Of a DNA stretch of 50,728 nt, positions 9,484 to 19,741 are shown one piece after another. The notes under the pieces were generated by a model. The model did not search any database, was not told the origin of the DNA, and was given only the letters and a program-made list of their open reading frames with translations. The first letter of the stretch is position 1. The number at the start of each line of letters is the position of its first letter. Position numbers and translations under genes: made by a program. This DNA is from Planctomycetota bacterium (GTDB lineage: Bacteria > Planctomycetota > GCA-002687715 > DRQF01), in contig JAZGFI010000197.1 of the NCBI GenBank assembly GCA_036479435.1, positions 1 to 50,728 on the forward strand. Reading direction: 5' to 3'.

Positions 9484-9909
9484 ATGTCATCCTACCCGCT
9501 CGGTGGAAGTACCATCACAGACAACGACCGCGGCGCCGTCGAACTCTTCGACGTCGTGTACGACACCGATGTGTTCGTGCCGACCACGTCGGCCCGGCTC
9601 TACCCGGCCGGAACGCTGCTTGCTCGGCTGATCGCCGACGGCAAGTTGACGCCGTTCACGACCGACAACATTCCGGCCTCTTCCGACATCGTCGGCGTTC
9701 TCGGTTCGGACGTGCAGGCGGCGCTGCTTGCCGAGGTGAACTTGCGCTACATCGTGAGCGGTCAGGTGAAGCTCTCAAAACTGAGCATCGACGACACTTC
9801 AGCATCTGTGGTGATCACCGACGCGATCAAGGACGAGATGCGGCAGACTGGAATCATCCCGCTGAGTTCCGCTGAGCAAAGCCACTTCGATAACCCGAAC
9901 AACCCGTAA
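9484..9909 (+). CDS. Head decoration protein, paralogue 2
   Basis: AGTLLAR, VGVLGSDV, GIIP. Confidence 0.78.
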   Translation: MSSYPLGGSTITDNDRGAVELFDVVYDTDVFVPTTSARLYPAGTLLARLIADGKLTPFTTDNIPASSDIVGVLGSDVQAALLAEVNLRYIVSGQVKLSKLSIDDTSASVVITDAIKDEMRQTGIIPLSSAEQSHFDNPNNP

Positions 9910-9964
9910 GCCGTCGGTAGGCTGCTAGCGGAATCCATCAATTCCAACAGGGAGAACATCGGCC

Positions 9965-11041
9965 ATGGCCACAGAACTATTTCGCAAACAGATGATTTCA
10001 GCCTACCGCGAAATGCGGGAGGCCGAGCTCTTCCTTTCAGGCTTCTTCGACGTGCGGCCGGAGAACATCAGTGCGACCGAGAAGGTTGCGCTCGATGTGG
10101 TTCGCAACGACGAGCAGATTTCTCCCGTGGTGAATACCTGCGAGGGGCCGACGTTCAACACGAACGATAGGTTCACCACGAAGGAGTTTACGCCGCCGTC
10201 GATCAACGAGGCGATGCCCTTCGATTGCAAGCAGCTGCTCAAGCGGCAGCCAGGCGAGACCGAGTACGAAGCTACCAACACTTCGTTTCAGGCGTCGCTC
10301 GTCACGCAGGTACTGCAAGGCATGGTGCTGCTCGAGAACAAGATGCGCCGCAACCGCGAATGGCAGGCATCGCAGATCCTGCAGACAGGCGTCCTCACGC
10401 TGCAGGACGAGGACGGCAACGACGTTTACACCATCGACTATCAGGCGAAGCCTGGGCACTTTTTCGCCGCTTCCGTCGGGTGGGCCGGTGGTGCAGGTAC
10501 GCCGCTGATCGATATCGAGACCGCAGCCGATCTCATCCGTGACGACTCGTTGCAGGATGCAGACCGGTTGATTTTCGGAACGACGGCGTTCAACGGGTTC
10601 ATTCAGAACTCGAACGTGCAGGCGCAGCTCGACAACCGCCGGTTCCGCATCGGTGAGATCGCACCGGAACCGCGCGGGCAGGGCGCCAAGTTCATGGGTG
10701 TGATCAATATCGGCGCCTATCAGTTCGAAATGTGGACGTTCAACGGTCGCGGCATCGCGCCCGACGGGACTGCGGTCCGCTTCGTCGGAGTCAACAACTG
10801 CATTGTGATGGCCAGCTCGGCTCGGCTCGATACCGTGTTCGCGGGTGTTCCGCGGCCGGTGCCGATCGATCCGCGGTTCGCTGGGTTCCTGCCCGAGCGG
10901 ATCGCAGTTCCGGCGGCAGTCGACATCGCACCGAACATCTACGCGACGCAGAACGGCAAGCAGACGATTCTTGAGCTCGAATCTCGCCCGCTGTTGATCC
11001 CGACGGCAATTGACAGTTTCGCGACCATCGACGCTTCGTAA
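9965..11041 (+). CDS. Major capsid protein, lambda gpE family
   Basis: FLSGFF, RRNREWQASQIL.TG, LESRPLLIP; size and position. Confidence 0.92.
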   Translation: MATELFRKQMISAYREMREAELFLSGFFDVRPENISATEKVALDVVRNDEQISPVVNTCEGPTFNTNDRFTTKEFTPPSINEAMPFDCKQLLKRQPGETEYEATNTSFQASLVTQVLQGMVLLENKMRRNREWQASQILQTGVLTLQDEDGNDVYTIDYQAKPGHFFAASVGWAGGAGTPLIDIETAADLIRDDSLQDADRLIFGTTAFNGFIQNSNVQAQLDNRRFRIGEIAPEPRGQGAKFMGVINIGAYQFEMWTFNGRGIAPDGTAVRFVGVNNCIVMASSARLDTVFAGVPRPVPIDPRFAGFLPERIAVPAAVDIAPNIYATQNGKQTILELESRPLLIPTAIDSFATIDAS

Positions 11042-11077
11042 CCTCACGCCCCACGACCCCAGGAAGGACAAAGCGAC

Positions 11078-11587
11078 ATGCCCTACAAAGTTGCCCCCGG
11101 CAAAGCGGTGAACACCTTGCGCGGCGTGATCGACGCTGACGCGCAGAATCCAATCATCACCCCGGGAGACCTCCGGGATTTGAGGGAGGAAGGCGCGGAA
11201 GCGGCTGCGCTGGAGCGCATCGAGCAGCTGTTCGAGCGCGGTATTCTGGTGAAGGTAAGCGCGGACGAGATCGCCGCTGCCGCCGAGCAAAAGGCGAGAC
11301 AGAAGGCCGCCGCGGCGCAAGTCGCCGAGCAGAAGGCGCAGATCGAGGCGGACGTGGCAACTGCGGCTGCTGAAGCGGCGGCCACAGCGGAAGTCGAGAA
11401 GAAGGCCGCCGCCGCGGCCGCCGCGGAACAAGCGACCGAGGACGCCGCCGATGCGGCCGCAGCCGAGGACGCGCAGAACGCGGCGAGAGCCACACGCGCA
11501 GCTGAGGCCGAGTCCAAGACCGCGGCCGACCCGCTCAACCCGTCGGCCCACGCGGCCGCACCGGGCGGGGCTGAGAAGGCGGGCTAG
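11078..11587 (+). CDS. Ala/Glu-rich protein after the capsid gene (gpFI position)
   Basis: RBS AGGAAGGA; low-complexity helical tail. Confidence 0.7.
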   Translation: MPYKVAPGKAVNTLRGVIDADAQNPIITPGDLRDLREEGAEAAALERIEQLFERGILVKVSADEIAAAAEQKARQKAAAAQVAEQKAQIEADVATAAAEAAATAEVEKKAAAAAAAEQATEDAADAAAAEDAQNAARATRAAEAESKTAADPLNPSAHAAAPGGAEKAG

Positions 11588-11590
11588 TCG

Positions 11591-11998
11591 ATGAGTCTCC
11601 GGGTGCAGGCAGAAGCGGACCTAGCGGCCACGCTCGAGGCGCCCGGAGACTTCGGTTTCCCTCTGGTGCTGACGGACCCGAGCGGCACGCAGTCGCCCGC
11701 TGCGGGACAGCCCGGCGCGCTCAGTGGCCAAAGCGCCGACATCGGCACCCGGATTGATCCTGATACGGGCATGCCGGTCTCGGGGCGTACGTCGCACGTC
11801 GCACTGCGCATCTCTTCCCTTGTGACCGCTGGGTTCACGGATCTGCCCCGCGCGGTTGCGGACGCCGGTAGCGATCCGTGGATTGTGAGCTTCGAGGATC
11901 TCGCGGGCAACGAGCAAGCGTGGAAGGTGAAGAGCTCCATGCCTGATCGCACGCTCGGGCTAGTTACGGCTGAGCTCGAATTCTGGAAGACGCTGTAA
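11591..11998 (+). CDS. Head-tail joining protein
   Basis: Synteny; IDPDTG.PVSGR and PDRTLG motifs. Confidence 0.7.
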   Translation: MSLRVQAEADLAATLEAPGDFGFPLVLTDPSGTQSPAAGQPGALSGQSADIGTRIDPDTGMPVSGRTSHVALRISSLVTAGFTDLPRAVADAGSDPWIVSFEDLAGNEQAWKVKSSMPDRTLGLVTAELEFWKTL

Positions 11999-12717
11999 TG
12001 GCAGCCCCGCTTCCGTTTCTCATCGATAAAACGGACTCGTTCGAGATCGTGCGCGACCAGATCGTGAGCATTCTGGATGTAACGCAAGCCGATCAGGTGG
12101 CCAAAGCCACAACGGCAGGCAAACCCGATCCGTCAGAGTGGAAGCTGCGAGTATTCGCGGAGCGCTCCAATCCGTGGGAGCAATTCTTGAACGCCGCGAG
12201 TGATGCGGTGCCCGATCAATCCCCGATCGTGAACGTGTGGTACGACACGGGCGCGTTCGATAAGTCGGTGGGCGATGTTGTAAAGACCCAGCAACATGCC
12301 GCCGTGTACAACATCGACGTATACGGGTGGGGCATTGCGGCCGACGTTGCCGGGCCCGGCCACTCTCCAGGGGACGAGAGCGCGGCGCTGGTGCTGCAGC
12401 GTGGTATCAAATTCGTGCGAAACATTCTCATGTCAAGCGTGAACACGTATCTGCAGCTGAGGCCGAAGCCAGAGTCAGACGGCGACCCTCGAGTGTGGCA
12501 ACGGTGGATTCAGTCAATCACATCGTTCCAAGTGCAACTCGGGGATGATAGCGCGCACCAAGTCAACGGTGGGCGTATCGCGCTTGCTGTGACGTTCAAC
12601 GAGTTTTCGCCGCAGGGTGACGAGTCTAATCCGCTCGAACAGCTCGGCGTTGATATCAATCTGCCTGATTCGGGAACTCCCGATCCGGCCGTTGAAGTCG
12701 AATTCGATTACACATAA
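11998..12717 (+). CDS. Putative tail completion/terminator protein
   Basis: Synteny immediately before the sheath; LIDKTDSFEIVRDQI. Confidence 0.65.
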   Translation: MAAPLPFLIDKTDSFEIVRDQIVSILDVTQADQVAKATTAGKPDPSEWKLRVFAERSNPWEQFLNAASDAVPDQSPIVNVWYDTGAFDKSVGDVVKTQQHAAVYNIDVYGWGIAADVAGPGHSPGDESAALVLQRGIKFVRNILMSSVNTYLQLRPKPESDGDPRVWQRWIQSITSFQVQLGDDSAHQVNGGRIALAVTFNEFSPQGDESNPLEQLGVDINLPDSGTPDPAVEVEFDYT

Positions 12718-12729
12718 GGAGTTCCAGAA

Positions 12730-14214
12730 ATGGGCGTAGATCTTACAGCGCAAGCGCGAGTAGTGGGTATTGAGACCAACTTCCTCAACCTGCGCGGCGA
12801 CAACGTTTTTCTTCTTCCGCAGCAAGTCGGGTTGATCGGTCCCGGGTCGACGCTGGCAACCTATGCGCTCACCCCGGTGCAGTACACCACGGCGGCGGCC
12901 GTTGGCGCCGCGTATGGTACGGGCTCCCCTCTACACCTCGCAGCGCTGCAGCTTCTCCCATCCAACGGGGACGGACTCGGCACTGTGCCGCTCACCGTGT
13001 ATCCGCTGGACGACGCGGACGGGACTACGGCGGCTTCCGGCGACATCACAATGACAGGCACCACGCAGGCGGTTGCCACGTCCTATGTCGTCGACATTAA
13101 CGGGATCTTGTCGGCCCCTTTCACGGTCGACGTTGGGGACTCGTTGACGGAGATCGCGGCGGCGATGTCGACAGCCATCAACGGCAATACGGCAATGCCG
13201 GTCATCGCAACTCCCGCGGTGGGCGTCGTTACGCTCGTTGCCAAGTCGCTCGGTACGTGGGGTAACGACATTGACGTGCTCGTGCTTGGTGATGTGGATG
13301 CGAACATTACGATCACGGTGACGAACCCGACCGGCGGTGCAGGGAATCAGACGGTGCAGCCTGCGCTCGATCAGATCGTGACGAAGTGGGAAACCATGAT
13401 CGTCAGTTGCTTCGAGGCGGACGACATTACGAACGCTAATCTTTACGAGATTTGGGGTGAAGGTCGGTGGGGTGAACTGGTCAAAAAGCCGGCCGTTGTG
13501 TACAACGGGTCGAACGAATCGAGCACGGCCACGTTGGCGGCCATCGGCAACGCCCGGTTGACCGACCGCACGAACGTGCTGTTGCCGGCTCCGGGCTCGC
13601 GCAGCCTGCCGTGTCAGATTGCGGCCCGTGCGGTGGCCCGCGATGCGGTACTCGCGAACAATAACCCCCCGCGTGACTACGCCGGCCGGCAGCTTTCCGG
13701 GCTTCTCGTCGGGGTGGACTCTGATCAGTGGAATTATGCCCAACGCGATTTCCTGATCAAGGCGGGGATATCGACCACGATTGTGCGTGACGGTGTGGTT
13801 ACACAGTCGGATACGGTGACCTACTACCACCCGGCAGGCGAGGACCCGCCGGCGTTCCGATACGTGGTCGACATCGTCAAGCTGCAGAACGTGATTTTCA
13901 ATCTTGAGCTGATCTTCAATACGGATGAATGGGACGGAGCTCCGCTCATCCCTGACGATCAGGCGACAACGAACAAGAGCGCGCGCAAGCCGAAGGATGC
14001 AATTGCAGCCTCGAACACCATGATCGACGGTCTCGCGCTGCAGGCCATCCTCAGCAACCCGGCGGGAGCGAAGCCGCTCACGACGGCAACGATCGGAGTG
14101 AGCAACCCGAAGCGACTTGATGTGAGCGTGACGGTGCAGCTCAGCGGGAACGCGAATATCATCTCGATCGATTTGAACTTCGGGTTCTTCTTCGGCACTG
14201 CCGCGATCGTCTGA
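12730..14214 (+). CDS. Contractile tail sheath protein 1 (Mu gpL-like)
   Basis: YGTGSPLH, LVAKSLGTWGNDI, RDFLIKAGIST, DTVTYYHP, NPKRLD. Confidence 0.9.
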   Translation: MGVDLTAQARVVGIETNFLNLRGDNVFLLPQQVGLIGPGSTLATYALTPVQYTTAAAVGAAYGTGSPLHLAALQLLPSNGDGLGTVPLTVYPLDDADGTTAASGDITMTGTTQAVATSYVVDINGILSAPFTVDVGDSLTEIAAAMSTAINGNTAMPVIATPAVGVVTLVAKSLGTWGNDIDVLVLGDVDANITITVTNPTGGAGNQTVQPALDQIVTKWETMIVSCFEADDITNANLYEIWGEGRWGELVKKPAVVYNGSNESSTATLAAIGNARLTDRTNVLLPAPGSRSLPCQIAARAVARDAVLANNNPPRDYAGRQLSGLLVGVDSDQWNYAQRDFLIKAGISTTIVRDGVVTQSDTVTYYHPAGEDPPAFRYVVDIVKLQNVIFNLELIFNTDEWDGAPLIPDDQATTNKSARKPKDAIAASNTMIDGLALQAILSNPAGAKPLTTATIGVSNPKRLDVSVTVQLSGNANIISIDLNFGFFFGTAAIV

Positions 14215-14217
14215 CCG

Positions 14218-15741
14218 GTGGGGGTGCGCGCACAAGCAGCGGCAAGAGTGCTCGGGGTTGAGTCCCGTAGCTTTGTCGGATTGCGCGCGCCCCTAGCGCC
14301 AAACCTTCCTCAGCAGGTCGCCGTTTTCGGTCTCGGGAATAGGCGACAAGACGCACCCAACGATGCACTCCCCCTCGTGTACTCGGACGACCCGGTGCCG
14401 CTTACCTCTGTGTCGCAGGCAACGGCACTGTGGGGGACCGGTTCGATGCTTCAGATCATAGCGTCGAAACTCCTACCGAATATCGGGTCACTCCCCGTAA
14501 CTGTGTACCCTACCGTCCAGTCCGATGGGCTTGCAGTGCGAGCCGAAGTGGTGATCAAACTCGGGTTAAAGAATACTTCCGGCTTGAGCCCGAACGCGCT
14601 TACGTTCCGAGTTATCTCGGGCGGTGTAGCCGCGCCTCCGCGGTTCATCCCTCCCGGGCAGACTGACCTTCAGTTGCTCTTTGTCCTTGCAGTTGAGATC
14701 ATCGTCAGTGGGGACACGGGGCCGCTGCCTATCCAGTTCGGCAGTATCGTGGCCGGGGGTGTCCGGTGTCCCACGAAATGGGAGGGTAGCTCGGGCAACG
14801 GAATGCGAACGGAAATTGAGGTGCTCAGCGGTGATGACGGTGCGTTTGATATCGTTAGTGACTCGAGTACGGGTGGATCTGGCGGACCCACGCTGTTCTC
14901 CACGCTGGACAATATCGGCCAGAAGTGGGAAACGCTTATCGTAAACGGGTTCGGGCCGGTGGCCACGGACGTTGACGGCGGAACTTACATTGACGCTATC
15001 AAGGACTGGGGCGATGATCGGTGGGACGTGAACGAACCGCGGCCGGCAATGGTCGTCAGCGGGTATAACGTGGAGACTCCTCAAGCGGCGTTCCCGGTTA
15101 CTGCGCCCCACCAGTCGGATCGCACGAACGTGCTCATGAACGTGCCGGGCAGTATTGATCTGTTCGGGGGTATCGCCGCTTCGGCGGTTGCGGAAATCGC
15201 GAAGCGTGCGCAGGACGATCCGCCTCGAGACTACACGCGCACGCAGTTGCCGGACCTAATCCCGATCGAGGCGTTGCAGTTCTTCAGTTATGCCGATCGG
15301 ACCGTTTCGGTCGACCACGGTGTTGCGACGGTTCTCAATGTCGGAGGGGTGCAGGCGCTTGGGGATGTCGTGACGATGAACGTTACGCTTGACGGTTTCC
15401 GCGACGGCGTCGACATCGTCAAGCTGCAAAATATCATCTACCGGATTCGCCTGATTTTCGAGTCCGAGGAGTGGGAGGGGGCTCCGCTTGTCCCCGATGA
15501 GCAGCGTATCGCGACACTATCGGCCCGCAAGCCAAAAGACGCTGTCGCAGCTATCGCGCGCGAGGTGCAGGCACTAGCGCTGGACGCGATACTCAGCAAC
15601 CCCGAAAGTGCTATAGATTCCGTTTCGGCGAGTATCGACGGCGCGAACCCGAAGCGGCTGAACGTGTCGGTCACGGTCCAGCTATCGGGGAACGTGGGTA
15701 TCGTGTCTGTCGATTTGAACTTCGGACTCACATTTAGCTAG
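14218..15741 (+). CDS. Contractile tail sheath protein 2 (diverged paralogue)
   Basis: Shares KWET, DRTNVL, PPRDY, VDIVKLQN, SARKPKDA and NPKRL.VSVTVQLSGN with sheath 1. Confidence 0.85.
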   Translation: MGVRAQAAARVLGVESRSFVGLRAPLAPNLPQQVAVFGLGNRRQDAPNDALPLVYSDDPVPLTSVSQATALWGTGSMLQIIASKLLPNIGSLPVTVYPTVQSDGLAVRAEVVIKLGLKNTSGLSPNALTFRVISGGVAAPPRFIPPGQTDLQLLFVLAVEIIVSGDTGPLPIQFGSIVAGGVRCPTKWEGSSGNGMRTEIEVLSGDDGAFDIVSDSSTGGSGGPTLFSTLDNIGQKWETLIVNGFGPVATDVDGGTYIDAIKDWGDDRWDVNEPRPAMVVSGYNVETPQAAFPVTAPHQSDRTNVLMNVPGSIDLFGGIAASAVAEIAKRAQDDPPRDYTRTQLPDLIPIEALQFFSYADRTVSVDHGVATVLNVGGVQALGDVVTMNVTLDGFRDGVDIVKLQNIIYRIRLIFESEEWEGAPLVPDEQRIATLSARKPKDAVAAIAREVQALALDAILSNPESAIDSVSASIDGANPKRLNVSVTVQLSGNVGIVSVDLNFGLTFS

Positions 15742-15752
15742 GAGGCAACACC

Positions 15753-16133
15753 ATGGCCACAGGCGGCTCAATCGAAAGTATCGCATTCGAAGGTCGGTCG
15801 TTTTCAGTTCCCGCAGATGCAGATGCGGGTCGGAAGCTTGGCGGGTCGGAGAACGACGTGCAGGCGAACGGGGACGAAACCGCGCGTCTCATCAAGACTC
15901 GCGTAGCGTGGGGTCTTGCAGATCTGACGATCGCGATCGACGACGACACGGGCGACGCCGAGTTTCTTCAGGAACTTGCCGATCGAAACGGGTTTTTCTC
16001 CGTGACGATTACGTTTGCGTCGGGAAACATTTACCAGGGCACCGGGCAGCTCACCGGCGAAATGCCGACGGCGTCGCAGGCAACGACGGCGGCGATCAAC
16101 CTGATGGGTCAAGGAAGGCTCACGAAGCAGTAA
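15753..16133 (+). CDS. Tail tube protein
   Basis: 126 aa directly after the sheaths; RKLGG, TFASGNIYQGTG; strong RBS. Confidence 0.8.
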   Translation: MATGGSIESIAFEGRSFSVPADADAGRKLGGSENDVQANGDETARLIKTRVAWGLADLTIAIDDDTGDAEFLQELADRNGFFSVTITFASGNIYQGTGQLTGEMPTASQATTAAINLMGQGRLTKQ

Positions 16134-16151
16134 CGAAAGGAGGCCCCGGCA

Positions 16152-16583
16152 GTGGCCAAGAAAGACTCGAGTGTGAAGGTAGTTCTGGGGGTCGCGGAAG
16201 CTGAGTTCGAGCGGTTCGCGGCGTCATGGGATCTCGACACCGATACGGCGTCAATGGAGGAGGAGGACCGCAAGAGTTTCGAAGATCTGCAGCGAAAGCT
16301 CGTGCGGAAGATCGTCAGCGGTTCGCTCGCGATCGGGGACGACGGGTGCGCTACGTACACGCTCATGCACCCGAAGTCGGACGTACTGACGGAAGTCACA
16401 TTCTCGGTCCCGACCGGTGCGGCGGTTGTCGGATGGGACAAATACAAGGATCGGCAGAACGTGCACAAGCTGAACGCGTTCATGGGTGCGTGCACGAAGC
16501 AGGCACCGGCCACGTTCGCGGCTATGGACTTCCGGGATCTGAAAGTGTGTCAGGCGGTGGCGTTGCTTTTTTTGGCTTCGTAG
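16152..16583 (+). CDS. Tail assembly chaperone (G)
   Basis: Between tube and tape measure; ends with slippery T TTT TTG. Confidence 0.8.
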   Translation: MAKKDSSVKVVLGVAEAEFERFAASWDLDTDTASMEEEDRKSFEDLQRKLVRKIVSGSLAIGDDGCATYTLMHPKSDVLTEVTFSVPTGAAVVGWDKYKDRQNVHKLNAFMGACTKQAPATFAAMDFRDLKVCQAVALLFLAS

Positions 16584-16786
16584 CTTCCTGTATTGTTTTC
16601 CGCGGGAAGAATGGGGCGTGGGAGGAGAACGTTAGAGGGGTGCACGGGGTGTCGTTCATGCTCATGCAGATCTGTCGGGACTACCAGCAGTTGCCCCCAG
16701 TCCTTGAGCTCGATCTGCACGACATACGGTTTTGGTACGATGGGCTGCGAGCCGAGCTAATGGAGGTGCGCGGGAGTGGCGGGTAG
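16568..16786 (+). CDS. -1 frameshift extension of the tail chaperone (GT)
   Basis: Heptamer T TTT TTG at 16568-16574; -1 frame open to 16786 (MLMQICRDY...IRFWYDGLRAEL). Confidence 0.75.
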   Translation, partial: FFGFVASCIVFRGKNGAWEENVRGVHGVSFMLMQICRDYQQLPPVLELDLHDIRFWYDGLRAELMEVRGSGG

Positions 16787-18500
16787 GTTCTCGATCGAGG
16801 CTGTGTTCAAAGCCGTGGACAAGGTAACTCGCCCCGTGTCCCGCATGCAGTCGCGCGTCCAGAAAGCGACGCGTGGTATTAATCGAAGTCTCGACAAAAT
16901 GAACCGCAAGTTGCGCAGCATCGGGAAGAACGCCCGCGGTGCGTTTGGGGTGGCAGGGCTGGCGGGAGCAGTGGCTCTCGCTGGCGTCGCTATCGGCAGT
17001 GTGATTACGAAGGGCGCTGAGTTCGAACAGCAACTCGTTGGCGCCGCTTCCCGCTTCCCCGGGCAGATCAAGAAAGGCACAGCTGCGTTCGAGGAGCTAA
17101 ACGACCTCGCGCGGGAGCTTGGCGCGACAACCGAGTTCACCGCGACACAGGCAGCCGGCGGTTTGAATTTCCTCGCTAAAGCGGGATTCAGCGCACAGCA
17201 GGCTATGGCGTTGCTCCCGGGTATTCTCGACTTGGCGACCGCTGCGGAAATCGACCTTGCTCGCGCATCGGACATCGCGACCGACTCACTCGATGCGTTC
17301 GGGTTGCGGACTGGGGACGCCGCGCAGGACGCGAAGAACTTTGCGCGAATTTCTGATGCAATGGCCAAGACGATCAACACAGCGAATGTGGATTTGGAGC
17401 AGCTGTTCGAGACGATCAAGAACGGCGCGCCTGCCGCGCGCGCCGTCGGCGTTACGCTCGAGGATTTTCTAGCGTTTACGGGTGTTATTGCTGGCGCGGG
17501 GCTCAAGGCCGAGAAAGCCGGCGTAGCGCTCAAGAACGTTTTCCTCAAGCTCGCAGATAGGAAGGTGCAGAAGGATCTGCGGCGCCTCGGTGTGACCATC
17601 AAAGACAACGCGGGGGAAATTCTCGCATTCGACAAGATCATGACCGGACTCAATGAGGCGCTAGGAGATCGCTCCGGGCTGGAGAAAGCCGGGATCATCA
17701 ATGAGCTGTTCGGGCTGCGTGGTGTCACCGCAGTGACCAACGTTCTAGCGAAGGGCGTCGATGCGTTCATCGAGTATCGCGGCGTGATCATGCGCAGCGC
17801 GGGTGCCACGAAAGAACTCGCAAGGCTGTTGCGTGACACTCGGCAGGGTGAAATCAACACCATGAACGCCGCAATTGAGTCGCTGACGCTCACGTTTAGC
17901 AAGGCGAACAACGAAGGCATAAGCAAGATGATCGTAGGTATCACCGAGTTGACGCGAAAGATCGACGGCTACCTGCAGAACAACACACCACTAGCAAAGA
18001 ACGTCGGCATCTTCTTGGCAATCGCTGCAGCGGCACTCGTTGTCGGGGTTGTGTTCGCAGGCATCGCCGCCGCGATCGCATTTGTAGCCAGCTCTACGGT
18101 TGCGATCGGTGCGGCCGTTGTCGTCGCCACGGCAGCGTTCCTCGCGTGGCTGCTGCCACTCGATAGTATCCTGCAATGGTTCAAAGATTTTTTCGCGGCC
18201 GACTTCGAGGGCAAGATGCGGAAGCTCGGCGACAAGATGATTGACATTTTCAACCCGTTCACCGGTGGGCCCGCAGGCTTCATCGCACGTGGCGTGTTCA
18301 GCGGTCAGGAGTCTGAGGAAGCAGCCGGACCGGCTGCGCTTGACGGCCCTCGCGGCCCCGCCTCCCGTGCAATCGATGAGACAAGACAGACCAGCGAGGC
18401 AACGCTCACCGTGCGCGATGAGACCGGCCGAGCCGAACTCGAGCAGACGGGGCGAGCGCCCGGCACGGGTATCACGCTCGAGCCGTCAGGGGCGTTCTGA
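16776..18500 (+). CDS. Tape measure protein (TP901-type core)
   Basis: ARELGATTEFTATQAAGGLNFLAKAG; hydrophobic segment near the C-terminus. Confidence 0.92.
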   Translation: MAGRFSIEAVFKAVDKVTRPVSRMQSRVQKATRGINRSLDKMNRKLRSIGKNARGAFGVAGLAGAVALAGVAIGSVITKGAEFEQQLVGAASRFPGQIKKGTAAFEELNDLARELGATTEFTATQAAGGLNFLAKAGFSAQQAMALLPGILDLATAAEIDLARASDIATDSLDAFGLRTGDAAQDAKNFARISDAMAKTINTANVDLEQLFETIKNGAPAARAVGVTLEDFLAFTGVIAGAGLKAEKAGVALKNVFLKLADRKVQKDLRRLGVTIKDNAGEILAFDKIMTGLNEALGDRSGLEKAGIINELFGLRGVTAVTNVLAKGVDAFIEYRGVIMRSAGATKELARLLRDTRQGEINTMNAAIESLTLTFSKANNEGISKMIVGITELTRKIDGYLQNNTPLAKNVGIFLAIAAAALVVGVVFAGIAAAIAFVASSTVAIGAAVVVATAAFLAWLLPLDSILQWFKDFFAADFEGKMRKLGDKMIDIFNPFTGGPAGFIARGVFSGQESEEAAGPAALDGPRGPASRAIDETRQTSEATLTVRDETGRAELEQTGRAPGTGITLEPSGAF

Positions 18501-19741
18501 TGGGCTGGCAGGACCGACTCAAAGAGCCGTCGCTTACGGCGCCTTCGGGTGCGTCGATCGTGTTTCTCTACGAGAACGTCAAGAAGAGCTTTGATCGCAA
18601 GACTCGCGCGTTCGAGTTCCCAGACGCTGACGGTACGTTTGTACAGGATCTCGGACGGACCGGCCGACGGTTGCCGCTACGTATGATTCTCAGCGGCGAT
18701 GACTACGACATCCGCGCGAAGCAGCTCGACGATATGCTCGGTGAAACGGGGATATTCGTTCTCGTCCACCCGATCTACGGCACGTTCAACGTAGTTCCCT
18801 TCGGCACCGTCAGCCGGCGGGATGACCTCAAGACGCGCGGCAATCAAGCCGTGTTCGATGTCACGTTTTTCGAGACCAACGATCTGCTATTCCCGACTAA
18901 CGCGCAGTCCCCGGGTGACGACGTCATAGCCGCGATCACGGCGTTTAACGACGTGGGGCCCGCGGAATTCGAAGCGGTTCTCGACGTTGACACTGTGATC
19001 GAGGAGGCCTCACTGAAGGATCGGTACGAGTCCATTGTGGCGATTGCCAAGAGCGGGCTGCAGACAATCGCCAAGTCGAACGAGAAGATCGAACGTACGT
19101 TTGACACTGTGTTCGACTCGATCTCCCTGGGCGTCGATACGTTCATAGGCGATCCGCTCGCGCTTGCGTTTCAGACACAGATACTGATGCAGCTCCCAGC
19201 ACGCGCCGGCGCAGCGATCGGCGATCGACTCTCCGCCTACGGGGATCTGCTGACGCTGCTCACGACAGACGGCACTGTGTATACACCGAGTAACGATTCG
19301 CAGCCTGATAACGATTTCCGAAACGATTATCTGTTCGCGTCGAATCTACTGATCGGCGCTATCACGTCCGTCGTCGACAACGAGTTCGAGCTCAAGCCCG
19401 ATGCGATCACAGCGGCCGACGTCATCCTAGCGATGTGCGACGAGCTAAACGCGTGGAAGGATGACAATCTAGTATCGCTCGGAGCTGTCGATACGGGCGA
19501 GACGTACCAGCAAGTGATCGACGCTTGTTCGCTCACCGCAGGCTTCCTCGTTCAGATCTCGTTCAGCTTGAAGCAGGAGCGTTCACTCGTGCTCGACCGT
19601 CCGCGCTCGCCGATTGATCTCGAGTCTGAGCTGTACGGAACGGTTGATACGAATCTCGACCTGCTGATCAACAGTAACGAGTTGGTGGGCGACGAGTTCT
19701 TTGAGATCCCAGTGGGGCGGACGGTGGTCTACTACGTATGA
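18500..19741 (+). CDS. Mu gpN-like DNA circularisation/tail protein
   Basis: W.DRL, FEFPD.DG..VQDLGR, LVHPIYG. Confidence 0.85.
   Translation: MGWQDRLKEPSLTAPSGASIVFLYENVKKSFDRKTRAFEFPDADGTFVQDLGRTGRRLPLRMILSGDDYDIRAKQLDDMLGETGIFVLVHPIYGTFNVVPFGTVSRRDDLKTRGNQAVFDVTFFETNDLLFPTNAQSPGDDVIAAITAFNDVGPAEFEAVLDVDTVIEEASLKDRYESIVAIAKSGLQTIAKSNEKIERTFDTVFDSISLGVDTFIGDPLALAFQTQILMQLPARAGAAIGDRLSAYGDLLTLLTTDGTVYTPSNDSQPDNDFRNDYLFASNLLIGAITSVVDNEFELKPDAITAADVILAMCDELNAWKDDNLVSLGAVDTGETYQQVIDACSLTAGFLVQISFSLKQERSLVLDRPRSPIDLESELYGTVDTNLDLLINSNELVGDEFFEIPVGRTVVYYV

Noticed and set aside
10037..11551. 504-aa ORF on the - strand
   Set aside because: Antisense shadow of the capsid and downstream gene, expected with GC-biased codons; no motifs.
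12931..14235. 434-aa ORF on the - strand
   Set aside because: Antisense shadow of sheath 1; Arg/His-rich with no domain.
16757..17944. 395-aa ORF on the - strand
   Set aside because: Antisense shadow of the tape measure gene.
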